A stretch of DNA of 59,038 nt, counting the filler, from Pirum gemmata (taxonomy: Eukaryota): NCBI GenBank assembly GCA_002812295.1. It is 9 parts of 9 records of this genome, joined end to end, with 100 filler letters (N's around TTAATTAATTAA, not from the genome) between each part and the next. Parts side by side here need not be neighbours in the genome. Positions count along the whole stretch, not along the records: positions 1 to 6,459 come from PDIN01000262.1; positions 6,560 to 13,000 come from PDIN01000263.1; 7 more parts are not named here. One strand, written 5' to 3'. A program made the translations under genes and the position numbers. Position 1 is the stretch's first letter. Each line of letters opens with the position of its first letter. This document shows positions 1 to 12,250 of this stretch, one piece after another. The notes under the pieces were generated by a model, which saw nothing but the letters and a program-made list of their open reading frames with translations, had not been told where the DNA came from and made no database searches.

Positions 1-121
1 TATATATATGATAGATAAATTCACATGCAGGATCCACATGTGGGGTTTTCCTAGTGAGTTTTTCCTTATATATATTATATATATTATTTATCTCCCAATA
101 CTTTTTTCATTTAGTTCTATT

Positions 122-921
122 TTATAAAAGTGCAACGAGATTGGAAGGTATAAGTCCAGAATGTCCCTCTGCATTTTCCATTACCCACCATCCGTCATCT
201 TTACTTTCCTTTACCAATAGTAACAAATCGTTTACATTTGCACTTAATTCATCGTCTTGTTGGGCTAAATAATCAAACGCACAATAATGAGTGGCAGCGA
301 AATTAGGAATTAGTTCAACATAAACAGCAGGCACGTAACCTTTTTCGTTATTAGCGTTTTTAAGAAAAAGCCAATTATTATCAGTAGGATGGTAACCAAT
401 TAACAGTAAAGGTTCATTTTTCTTCAAGTTTAGTTCCTTTGAGCAAGCTTCATCCCAATCAAAAAGAGCATAATGCGTTGCTTGGAAGTCTGCTGGTACG
501 TCAATGCTGGGCATATTAACAGAACTATGATCATCAATTGATTGTTCAGATACACTAGTTTCGGTTTTATTATTGTCATTATAGTGTTCAAAAGAATTGA
601 TAACATCATCATCATCATGGTTTTGTTCTTTTTTTAGGGGTAGGTGTTGGGTTTGGGTTTGGTTTCTTTCCAATTCAATAATGCGTTGACGTAATGTTTC
701 ATTTTCTTGTCTCAATTCAGATATTTCGGATTTTAAAGTTACTGAATGATCAACCCTATTGCGAAAATTTTCGTTTTCCAATCTTAATCTCTCCAGTTCA
801 TTTGTCAATTCTTCGAGGTTTGGCTGTTCGACTGATGTATTGTTATTGTTATTGTTATTGTTATTATTATCATTATCAATATAATTATAATTATTATTAT
901 CACTATTAATATTACTATAAC

Positions 922-969
<48 letters not shown>

Positions 970-1345
970 CTGCTAGTTGATTTTTTCTTGTTCCATTATC
1001 TATATGGCTTTTATAACTAGGAGGTCCGGATAATGCTGGTTGATATGTAGAGTCAGTGGGTGCTGATGGTGGACGTGGTGGTCGCATGGGTGAATAAGAA
1101 GGTGGGTCATTGATTGTTTTTGAAGGTTTTCTGGTAGGTCTAGCCGGCCTTGAAGGCATTTCTGGATTGTTTATACTACTACTACTACTTGGTCTACTGG
1201 CAGGCCTAGGCCGATTGGGATCATCTGGTTTTCTATACCGTGGAGCTGCCTTTGGTTTTGGTGCAGTAACCGGAGGTGTTCCATTTTCTTGTTCTTTTTG
1301 CAGTTGTTGTTGTCGGTATTGATGTTGTTTTTGAGCATGTCCCAT
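122..1345 (-). CDS. Pro-rich, coiled-coil, tandem SH3-domain adaptor protein (may be the last exon of a longer gene)
   Basis: 407-aa ORF. Two C-terminal SH3-like units (ALFDWD..ELNL..NNWL..KGYVPAVYV; CAFDY..DELS..DGWW..GLIPSNLV), a heptad coiled coil (LEELTNELERLRLENE..LRQENETLRQRIIELE), many PxxP motifs and a poly-Asn tract. Confidence 0.9.
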
Positions 1346-3159
1346 TTTTTCTTGTTTATAATTTATATTATAAATATATACGTATATTGCAACAATTATT
1401 GTATGGTATTATATTGTGTTTTTATTTGTGTGTTTTTAATATTGTGTTTTTAATATTGTGGGGTTTTAATTTTGTGTGTTATTTATTTAATTGCTTATAA
1501 TTTCACTTGGTTGTTTAGGATGGTGTTTGTTTGTTGGTGTGTTTCTGACTTATATTAAAATCAAGCCACAACTTTTGCTAGTTATTATATAAAAGTAGTT
1601 TTTTTGTTGTTGTTGTTCTATGTGTTTTTATTTGTGTGTGTTTTTAATTTTGGGTTTTCAACAAAGTGTTTTGGGTTTTTTGTGTTTTGGGGTTTTATTA
1701 ATTAATTTTGTGTTGTCAGATTTGTTATCACCAGGGCTACCCCCTCGATCCTAACCCCCAATGATGGGCCCAATCTCCAAAGCTCCAAATCTAATCTAAT
1801 TTTTTTTATAATCATTTTATCAGAACTTACTTGGTATTTTAAGTATTATAATTGACCTTTTTTTTAAACATAATAAGATATATAAAACACACCAAAATAA
1901 TAAAAATGTAGCCATTAAATAATAATTGGGTGTTTTTTAATATACACATTTTTAAATACAATTTTGGGACACTATTTACAACAGCATGATTAAATGAACA
2001 AATATAGTAAATATATTCCTAAATATGGAAACAACACCATATTTTTTTTTTGGTCCTACGCCTGTATTTGATTTAATTGCCCAAAAGCCTAAAAATATCG
2101 AGGTTGTCTTGTGTGGAATAAAAAAGGCCAAAAAAAAGCAAAGCCAAATAAATGGGGGCATTCATTCTCCCACAGGATTTCTTGTAAGGGGTCATGTCAT
2201 TATTTTTTAAAATCGATCCGAGATTTATAAAAATATAACAGTATTATTATTCTATAATAATAATATTCATAAAAATAAACCAACGAAGTCCAACTAACAA
2301 AACAAATAACTGAAACAAACAAACTAACATTTATTAATTAACTAAACAATAAATCAAATAACTAATAACCAACAAACAAACAAACAAACAAATTAACTAA
2401 TTACCCATCCACCTTCCAAGCCGATAACTAACTTACTAACTAACTAACCAATTTCAAAAAAACTAATTATCAAACAAGATAAGAAAGAAAGAAAGAAACA
2501 AACCAACACACCAACAAACCAACAAAACTAATTAACTAATTGACTAACTGCAGCCGTAACTGCAGCCACAACTTTTTAATTAGATAATATTATACTAATA
2601 ATAATTTCAAAAAAATACTCTTGATTTTTTCAAGCTCGAACAACCCCAGATCTGCCACAACAAAAAGTTACACTAACTAGTCTAGCTAGTAGTAGTTGTG
2701 GTAGCTCTAGCTAGCTAGCTAGTCTAGCCAGAGCTCTAGCTAGCCAGCACGTTCAAAAAATCCCAAAAAATCCTCACTCATGACTTTTACAAAGTCGAAT
2801 AAAGTCAAATAATTAGATAATAGGTCTAATAATAATATCGATAATAATAATAATAATAACAGGCTTGTAATAACTCAAAATCACTCAATGTTTTATTTTA
2901 ATTTTATTGTTATCTAACGTTATCAATATTTCATATTTTTTTTTGTTTTTTTTTTCCAAAAATATTATTATTATTATTATTTATTATTATTTATTATTAT
3001 TATTATATTATTATTACTATTATTATTTATTATCATTATAATTATTGTTTATTATCATTATTATCATTATTGCTGTTTTTTAAACGGATTGCTAATTATT
3101 AATTTATTATTTCTTGGTTTAATGTTACCCCTTAACCCTCAACCGTAACTGCTAACTAG

Positions 3160-3551
3160 GTTTCCCATATGAAATATTTCAAGGAACTCGTATAGAACGC
3201 ACATGGCCTAGATTCAGAAGGTACTATGCCATGGCTCAACACCACAACCATGCTGCTGCCAAAGAACAAATGGGTAGCAACGTTAACAATATTAACATGT
3301 ATAGCCCTGGTGATGTTACAATTATAAGTGGCTCTCCTAATGTAAGGGCGAATAGTCCTAATCCACAAATTCGACACTCTGTTAGTCCTAATATACGTCA
3401 TAATCCAAGTCCAAACATAAGGCACAGTAACAGTCCAAACATACATAATCACAATCGGTCACCCAATGTTCGCAATCTTCCTACACAGTCTGGGGCCAGC
3501 AAACGGCATTTGAATTCTAATGATATGGGATACCCTAAAAAGGGGCGATAA
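3160..3551 (+). CDS. Hypothetical protein with Ser-Pro-Asn repeats, probably a terminal exon
   Basis: The frame of ORF 3231-3551 is open back to 3156 (FPYEIFQGTRIERTWPRFRRYYA-MAQH..). It is preceded by a branch-point/acceptor-like GCTAACTAG (3151-3159), has six SPN motifs and has higher GC than its flanks. Confidence 0.5.
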
Positions 3552-4423
3552 ACACAATTATTTCCATGTATAGCGTTATCTTTCGCCAAAAGTAATGAGA
3601 GTAAGGGTATTCAATTCAGTACGTCATCTTTCTCTCTCTCTCTCTCTCTCTCTTTGTACGATGTTAAAAAAAAACTGAAAAAAGTAGTCTTACGGTTTTT
3701 TTTTTTTGATAAACGAGTAAAGAAAGTAAAGAGTATTCGAAACATGATGTCATCTCTCTTTCTTTCTTTCTCTCTCTCTCTCTTGAGTTGGAATAATTGA
3801 TAAACATAGTACCATCATATCTAATCAAATGCGCGTGGTTGAGTGGGTAGTATATATATATTATATACTATAATCATATTCTTCGTTAATATTTTGAAAT
3901 ATAATGATACACACAAACCAAAAAAAAGCGTAGTTGGGGAGTAATTATAATGGGCATGTTTATTTGAAAGTTATTCTAGTAGTAATTCCAAAAATATAGC
4001 ACTTTGTTGAACTGGCCAAGTTATATATCAACTGGCACTGTGCTTTTTTCTTTTGAAGTTTTGTTTTTTTAAAAAAGCTACAAAAGTATTTGCAGGTATA
4101 TAGACCTATACCTAACTTTAAATGTCCTGGATTAGCTGGATTAACTTGGTTAGGTGGGTTAGGTAGATTAGCTTTTGTAAGATTGAACTACTCGATGCTA
4201 CATAAAAAATCGCTATAAATTGTTTTTCGAATCGAGTAAAAAAAAAAGGGGGGGGAGTTCAATATCAATTTTTCTTGGGATGTTTTGGCTATTTTTAAAA
4301 AAGCTTCTTTCTTTCTTTTTTTTTTTTTTTTAACTTTTAACTTGCTCCAGCTCTAAATCTTACAGGTACTATATAATATTGCATTAAAATATAGAAAATA
4401 ATATACAGTGCCTTTGAAACTTA

Positions 4424-4660
4424 GTATCCAGTTGCGATAATATATTAGTTAAAAGACAACTATTTTTGGATTGCAACTCGGTATCCAGTTGTGCTAATAT
4501 ATTAGTTACATAACTATTTTTGGATTACGACTCAGTATCCAGCTGAAATGATATATTGATTAAATGACAACTATTTTTGGATTAAAACTCGTTATCCAGT
4601 TGTAATGATATATTAATTAAATAACAACTATTTTTGGATTGAAAATCGGTATCCAGTTGT
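4424..4660. repeat. ~57-bp tandem repeat (4+ units) just 3' of the Gypsy integrase
   Basis: Unit GTATCCAGTTG..ATATATT..AACTATTTTTGGATT recurs at spacings of 57, 54, 57 and 57 bp. Confidence 0.85.
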
Positions 4661-4720
4661 ATAATTATTAAAAATTATATATAATAAATTAAAACGTATA
4701 ACTCTAAAATTATTAATACG

Positions 4721-6072
4721 TTACTTAATTTTTGACATTGTAGTCCTCCAATATTTTGTTATTATACTATTGTCATCAAATTGATCTGAGCGTAACCAAT
4801 CGGTAGAATCATCTTCCCATAAAACCTTATAAATTTGTTGATCTTGAAAATCATATCCATGATCCAAATTTTTTTAAAATTTTAGACTATCATGATTTTG
4901 TTCTGCATTGTAACTAAGAATTAATTGTAATTCATGTGGAGGAATTAAACGATTACTTATACCCACAGCTGGATCACCATTTAACTCTTTTAAAATATAA
5001 CAATTATTTTAACATTGAGCAATTTGATATGCACCAATATATAAATCAGTTAAACTATTAACATGAGTACCACTATTTTTAAGCTTTACATAATCACCAA
5101 TATTGAACTTAATTATCTTATTATTCTTTTCAAAATTTTTGTTCATTTGTTCATTATACTTAGTAACTCTTAAAAGATAATGCCGGATAAACTACATTAT
5201 ATAGCTTTTCTAAATTTCGTTCCCAAGTTTCTTTTGATAATAAACGATTATCTAAAGAACAAAGCAAATTATTAGCCCTTCCTTGAAAAACATTAAAAGG
5301 AGTAGTATTTGTCCGTCTAGTAACTATTTGATTAATCTTAATTTGTGTTACTGGAATATACGATACCCAATCATAGTGACCTTGAAGCAAACTCTTTAAA
5401 AAAATTTTAATTTCCAAATGTTTACGTTCATTAGCACCCTGAGTTTATGGTTTATAAGGTACACCAAAATTATGCACCATAGAAGCTAATGTGTTAAAAG
5501 CCTCTGAAATCGTATTCCTAAATTCAGACCCATTGTCACTGCTTAAAATATTTGGAAAACCAGTTAAAGAAAAACCTTTAAATAATTTTCGAGCTACGAT
5601 CGAAGCTGCTTTTATACGCATTGGTCGTAGAATTGCGAAACTAGAAGCAACATCATGTATATGTAATAGATAACTATAACCCCTACACGCTGGTAATTGA
5701 ACTAAATCAATAATAACATGATTTAAAGGAAAATCGCTTCGAATATTATTTAGAGGATGATAACCTTTCCTTTCTATCTTATTAAATTCACACGTTCTGC
5801 AAAAAGAATATTCCTCTTTTACTAGTTGTAACATATTACTCCAATTATATCCATAGCCCCTCTTTTAATAGTTCCATTGTTTTTCTTGTAGATCCATGAT
5901 ACAAATTATGAATAGTATGTACAATTTTTTTCTTTTCGCTTAAAGTTGGTTCTTTAGTTGTTAACCTCCGTAATCGATTCTTTACTATCTCCGGATTTGA
6001 ACATTTGTTGACATGAGTGGCACGTTCATCTGGACAAATTCTAGATAGTAAATCGGGTAAGTTATTCAACAA
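4721..6072 (-). mobile_element. Degraded Ty3/Gypsy (chromovirus-type) integrase with chromodomain
   Basis: HHCC Zn finger (HNLYH..CRTC), DDE core (IIDLVQL..SSDNGSEF..P*TQGANER), GPY/F-like motif (LYIGAYQI), then a chromodomain (NLDH..YKVLWEDDSTDW..QFDD..IITKYW). Interrupted by stops and frameshifts. Confidence 0.88.
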
Positions 6073-6266
6073 ATGTTCAAAGCCGGAGATAGTAAAGAAT
6101 CGATTACGGAGGTTAACAACTAAAGAACCAACTTTAAGTGAAAAGAAAAAAATTGTACATACTATCCATAATTTGTATCATGGATCTACAAGAAAAATAA
6201 TGGAACTATTAAAGAGAGGCTATGGATATAATTGGAGTAATATGCTACAACTAGTAAAAGAGGAAT
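5810..6266. repeat. ~200-bp inverted duplication of the integrase N-terminus with a ~54-bp spacer
   Basis: ORFs 5845-6072(-) and 6017-6346(+) encode the same peptide. Arms ~5810-6011 and ~6066-6266 are reverse complements with a few substitutions and one indel. Confidence 0.92.
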
Positions 6267-6415
6267 GTAAAGGTCCAGGCGAGAGCGCTTTCCCCCCTTT
6301 TTTTTTCGGTTTGTTAAAACTAATTTATTTAAAAGGTCCAAAATAAGAGGGAAATGTGTATGACGTCACCATAATAAATATCACTATTAAACATCTCGCT
6401 GCCATTTGCATCATC

Positions 6416-6452
<37 letters not shown>

Positions 6453-6459
6453 GATCGGA

Positions 6460-6559
6460 NNNNNNNNNNNNNNNNNNNNNNNNNNNNNNNNNNNNNNNNN
6501 NNNTTAATTAATTAANNNNNNNNNNNNNNNNNNNNNNNNNNNNNNNNNNNNNNNNNNNN
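6460..6559. other. Artificial contig-joining spacer (identical spacers at 13001-13100, 19518-19617, 26229-26328, 32731-32830, 39216-39315, 45717-45816, 52235-52334)
   Basis: 44 N, then TTAATTAATTAA (stops in all six frames), then 44 N, between contigs of near-equal length. Confidence 0.98.
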
Positions 6560-8861
6560 AAAGTGCAATGGGCGGGTGGGCACGGGCGAGAGAATTTGAC
6601 GAATTGGACAACACTGGTAGCCAGAGACACTCGAGAGACCACTAATTTTAAAACAGGGAACATTGGAACAGAGTCAACACTCACTCAACAGACAATAAAC
6701 AGACCGAGCGACTCCGAGATTCATCAAGTCATATAATTACTCATATTGTTAAAAATAGTTATCATATTTTGTATTTTTAAAAAAAAAATATCTAGTGTAT
6801 ATGCGGCGGCATTTGCCTGTTCTAATTAATTTATAAAAATTTAATAAAGATGGTAGATAACATTCTCTTAGGGTAGATTCTCAAGTAGCAAAGTTTACTT
6901 CTAGCTAGCTCTAGCTCTAGCTAGCTAACCGGATAAAACTGCTGATAAAACTGCAGATAAAACTGCATGATAAATAAAACAGTATGTAGAAAAAAAAATT
7001 TTTTTACTTCTTTTCTAAAAACCTTTAATAGCCAAATTATTTTTAAAATCTGGCTATTGGTTCATAATAGAGTTTCCTTAGTTATAAGATTACTCAAAAT
7101 TTGGTAGTACTTTCATTAAAATTGGAGCATTTTGAGATTTTTCAGATTTTTGAAAAAAAACTACTGGACCTATCGGGTATACTCGGTAGTTGAAATTATG
7201 AGGTCTCGTGTTGAAAAGTTGTTGAAATCAAGTTGAAATCACGCTAAAGTGCTAGCGCTAAAGTGTGTCCCCAACATTCACCACCCCCGTTATTTCAATT
7301 TGGTTCAATTTTAAAAAAAAAAATTTGCTGTTCTACTTCTACATTGTTCTACCCAGTTGTTCTTCCCTGTTCTATTTCATGAGTCAAGAGTAATTTTTTT
7401 AAAATACTGAGTAGATAGACTGACTATTGACACCAATTCTATTTTTTTTTTTTTTTTTTCGCTACGATCAGTACGATAGCAACTGCTTATACTGCTCGGC
7501 AAGTTGGCGGTGCTTCAATGCTCGGGTCACCGTTCCTATTAATTAAAGTTTAGAATCTATTGACTAGTAGGTTTCTAAGTTTCAAATTCAAACATTAATT
7601 AAGATATCGATAATTTGACCTGGAATCTACCATGTCAATAAATAAAGTATAAATTCTAATATCGATAAAAAAAACTGAAAAGCAGCTTAGCTTATGATAT
7701 CTGATAAACAATAATAATAATAATAGTAGTAGTAATAATGTCATTTTTTCAGGTCATTTATTAATAATATTATATTAGTCCTAGTTTATTAGTCATTTAT
7801 AAATTATTATCGATAATAAATAATAATAGCCATTGAAGCATAATTCAGTATAAATGAATCCACAAAAAATTTTAATTACGGTCACAAAAAGTGAGAACTA
7901 TGATACCTACTAGCTATGCTTTATATCTGAGCTTTATATAAATATTATATTAGTATTATATTATAATATAAAATAGTCTACCTACAACAAATATAATGTA
8001 AACAGTTCAATCAGGAAGTTCTTGTAGACTAGTACATAGTAAAACAAAAAGTTCTTGTACAGTTCCAAATTAGCTATTACTACTGCGCTTTTCATTTATT
8101 TTGTCACTCTGAATATTTAGTTGGTTGGTTTTATATAGTATTTAAATTGAATTTTTTTTAATTTTTTTTTTAAATGAATAAAATAGATAATAAAATATCG
8201 AATAAAATATCACTAAAATATCCCAAATAAAATGAAAAGGATTTTTGTTGTATTCTTTATTTTATATTTATAATGACAAAACATTTGAACTGAAAAGCAC
8301 AATAGTCTAACTGGCAGCTAATATAGGCTACTACTAGCTAGCTAGCTAGCTAATATGGGCTACTACTAGCTAGCTAGCTATCATAGTAGCTATCATAGCT
8401 AGCTAGGTCTGACCTTCTGTACAGTTTCTGTACCCTAGCTAGTCTATAGACTAGTCACTAGACCCCCCCCTAGCTAGCTAGCTAGTAGCTAGCTAGCTGG
8501 TAGTAGTGCATGCAGGACACTATCGGATATCATACTGGCTATGATATCGGATTTTACTATCATACTACTATCATAGCTAACTAGCTAGAGGTCTACAATC
8601 AGTTTCTAGACAATTGTTTCCCTTGAGAACTATTTCTAATCTACTAGTCTCTAAGTAGCAGCTATGGACCAGTTTTCCCATTAAATTTTCTGAAATTTTG
8701 ATAATACGTTCAATTACATGACTTATTCTCAGGTGACTTATTATAGTCTTATTATACTTAAGCTTATACTTTATTATGTAACTTATACATACGTTCATTA
8801 AAATTGGAGGATTTTAAGATTTCGTAAAATTTTGATAGGAGGAGCAGCAGGTTACTACTAG

Positions 8862-10330
8862 CAGGTTACAGTTTTAATTAATAATATATAGTTAAATTAA
8901 AGTTGTGTTTTGTTGATTTGTTTCATAATACTTTGGTATAAGTTAATGATTTGGTTGTCAGTTGGTTGTGATTTGTTGTATTTTGTATTGCATGAGAAAA
9001 TATGTTGAAATTTTCAATAAGGTTAGCGTTTCTCTTTGTTAGGAGATTGATCATGTTGATGCCTCCTTTGTTTTTAGGCATTTTGATATTGTTTTGTGTG
9101 AATTGGTTGTTGGTAAAAAAAGTTGTGATTTTTTGTTGTATGGGTAGAAGTAACTTATCTGGTATAAAGGTGTTGGCCATATAATATTGAGATTTTGCTA
9201 GCATTAAGGTGTTGGCTAAATTCATTCTTTCTAATAAGGGTAGAGCTTTCGACATTTTGGTTGTTTCTATTATATTAATTATTTTTCTTTCTAGCTTGTT
9301 GTAGTTTTCGTTTTGACTTACCTAGGAGTTTCCTATAAAACCCCCTAAGTTTTCCATTGTTTCTAGCTTATATATTTTTTGGTTATTCCTTAGAATACCG
9401 TTTTCTTCTAATAAGGTTGATAATTTTTGAAAGTACATCGTTTTTGTTTTATCCTTGTTTAATTTGTAACTACCAATATTTTTACCAAAACTTGTTATTG
9501 TATTGATTACTATTAGAATGATTAATTCATTTTTACTGAAGATGTTAAAATCATCTGCGTATGCAGGAGGATATGTTTTTGTAATGAGGTGGATTATAAC
9601 CCTTAATTAAAAGTTCTATATAAATGACAAAAAGATATATTGACATTGGGCAACCCTGTCTTATACTTCTTGTTGTAACTATTAGTGTTGAGTAGAAACC
9701 ATTTTGATATGTACTATAGAGTTTTCATATAAGTTTTGGATTATTATTATAAATTCTTCTGGGAATCCAAAAGAGCCTAGAATGTTAACGTTATGTAATA
9801 AAGATCATACTCTATTGAAAGCTTTTTTCCATGTCAGAATTTAATAGTATGGTTATGGGATTGTTTATCTCTTCATAAAAAAGTTGTGTTTCAATAAAGG
9901 GTGTTGTTTCATTTGTGTTTCTTCCTGCTACTCCACATGCTTGGCCTTCGCTTATGATGTGGGGCATTATTTTGTGTAATTTATCTGCTATTGTTGCTGC
10001 TATAATTTTGTAGTCGGTTTTCATTAGTGTTATAGGTCTATAGTTTTTTAAGTTTGATCGATCTATCATTTTTCTTTTAATTAAATATAGGTAGTATTAT
10101 TATACCTATATCTATATAGAAGGACTGTGGTGGTTTGTCTCCATTGTATCGAGTGATAGATACTTACTACCGGTATTATAAATATTATGATGTTGTCTTT
10201 GATATAATTCTGGAAATATATATATACTATCATATTAATTAAACCCAGTGCTTTTTTTCTCTTCATTTTTTTTATGATTGTTTTTGTTTCTTCGAAAATA
10301 GCGTCTTTTGGTATTTTGTTGAAGTTTTTT
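8862..10330 (-). mobile_element. Degraded non-LTR retrotransposon (L1/Tx1-like) ORF2 reverse transcriptase
   Basis: Motifs in the expected order: NLKNYRPITL..DYKIIA, GQACGVAGR, SDMEK, RQGCPMS, AYADDF, KLNKDKT, then RMNLANTLMLAK..MPKNKGGINM. Many frameshifts and stops. Confidence 0.9.
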
Positions 10331-12009
10331 AGTATCGTAGACTAGCTAGGCTAAGCAGCCCTAAGCCTAAGCAGCCTAAGCTATCGCTAGAGCTATCGAT
10401 AGTTAGTTCACTCAACTACTAAGTTATAGAGTCAGAAGGTCACCCTTCGTGATTTTTTTTTGTTTCGGTTGTAACTTTTGATAGAATCGAGCTCTAGACT
10501 CGAGAGTTGTGCCAAATTGTAGCTAATGACTAGTACTTTCTATATGTAATCGGTTTACTATATTGGTGTACCAATGAAAAGAGCTATTTATAATAGTAAA
10601 CGTTGTACTGATTTCTCAATTTGCACCGTATGGTTTCGGGATTATCCAAATAAAAAATAATATGTTAGACTAGGTGATAAAAACTACCAAAATGACCAAA
10701 AAAATAATTTGCAAATTAAAATAGTCTACTAGCTAGGGCCGTCAAAATGTATGTGAGTAAGTGAGTCTGGATTTCCTCCCTCTCTAGTCTACTTATTATA
10801 GTCTATGGCGAATTTTACAGTTTTATCTGGCTTAAAAATCCGAAAAATCTCAAAATGCTCCAATTTGAATAAAAGTACTACCAAAAAGTGAGAAATCGTC
10901 TAAGTAAGATAACTCTATTATGAATCAATGGCCAGTTTTTAAAAACAAGTTGGCTAGTTAGCAATGCATAGCATTAAAGGTTTAGAAAAGAACTCGAAAA
11001 AAAAAAAAAAAAAAAATCTTCTTGTTTTCCCAGGGACATCCCGGGACCCACGCACGGTTGGTATTCACGGTCAGGTGACTCAGGTGTTTGTTAGTGAAAT
11101 AATATGATATCACTCATATCAGTAACAAATTGTAATATGAACTGATAGTCTGATAAATATCATTTATAAATGTAGTCTATGATTATTTATTTATAAATAA
11201 CTTGTATAATGTTATAATCTTGTATTAGTCTTGTATTATTACTAAACTTGTTGATCATTTTTTTATGGTTTAATATTTACAAATTACAATAATGGTAGGT
11301 CTAGACAAGGACTTCAAATCCTTGATCTAGCTAGTAGACTAAAACTAGAATAAACGTTATTTTAGGTGGGTGACTGTCAGTCACATTGAATTTTAATATA
11401 TTATATATATAATATCAAGAAACATAGTATTTTAAAAGCATACTGCATATATATTACTTTAGTATACGTATTATCGATATTTATTATAAAAAATATCATC
11501 TATTTCATTACAGTTGTCTTTTCAATCTTTAATTTGGTTAAGTGTATAATTGAACTTTTGTTTATGAAACACAACATTTTAAGTATAAAATACCAAATTA
11601 ATTAAAACATAACTGATAGTTTAACTATAATAATAATTTGGTAAGTTTATTTCAGTTTTTGAACTGAACAACACTATTGCAAAACACGATATAAAAGAAA
11701 GTTTACAACAAAGAGTGTAACAAAGTATATCTGATAGATAATTATTATTATAAAGGAATAGTCTAGCTAGCTAGTTTAGAAAGTTTACAACAAAGAGTGT
11801 AACAAATTAACAATGTTTATATTGATAGTATATTGATATATTGATATAGTTATAATAGTATCATAGTAACTGTTTCAGGTCGGTCAGGTAGACTAACTGT
11901 TTTTTTTTTTCTCATATCATATGGATGACTCTACGTCTATCTCTAGCTAGTAGCTAGCTAGCTAGCTAGCTCTAGTCTAGCTAGGGAGCCTAGCTAGCTA
12001 CTAGCTAGA

Positions 12010-12250
12010 GAGGGTCTTTATAAAAAAAAAGGAGGAGTTTTAACATTAAAGTAATGCTTTGGTATAAGGTCTTTATATAAAAAAGAAGGAGTAGTAGGTT
12101 ACAGTTATATAGTTTTAACATTAAAGTAATACTTTGGTATAAGTTAATGATTTGATTGTCAGTTGGTTTTTTTTGACTTGTTGTACCTTTCATAATGGCA
12201 CCATAATATCAGATATATAGTCTATGATGAGCAACTGTATTGTTCTTTTG
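12010..12250 (-). mobile_element. Short fragment related to the LINE 3' region (another copy at ~51513-51690)
   Basis: Shares AGGTTACAGTT and ATACTTTGGTATAAGTTAATGATTTG(A/G)TTGTCAGTT with 8862-8965 and ~51525-51600. Confidence 0.65.

Noticed and set aside
4424..4660. CRISPR-like repeat-spacer appearance
   Set aside because: Whole units are homologous with no unique spacers, there are no cas genes, and the context is eukaryotic.
5445..5447. TAA read as Gln (alternative genetic code)
   Set aside because: Intact genes end in TAA, and the 2100-codon ORF has no in-frame TAA/TAG. The stops occur only in decayed elements that also have frameshifts.
6452..6459. AGATCGGA at the contig end
   Set aside because: It matches the start of the Illumina adapter, so it is probably untrimmed adapter.
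6504..6515. TTAATTAATTAA palindrome recurring every ~6.5 kb, suggesting periodic structure or nanochromosome-like units
   Set aside because: It is always centred in identical N runs. It is an assembly linker between similarly sized contigs.
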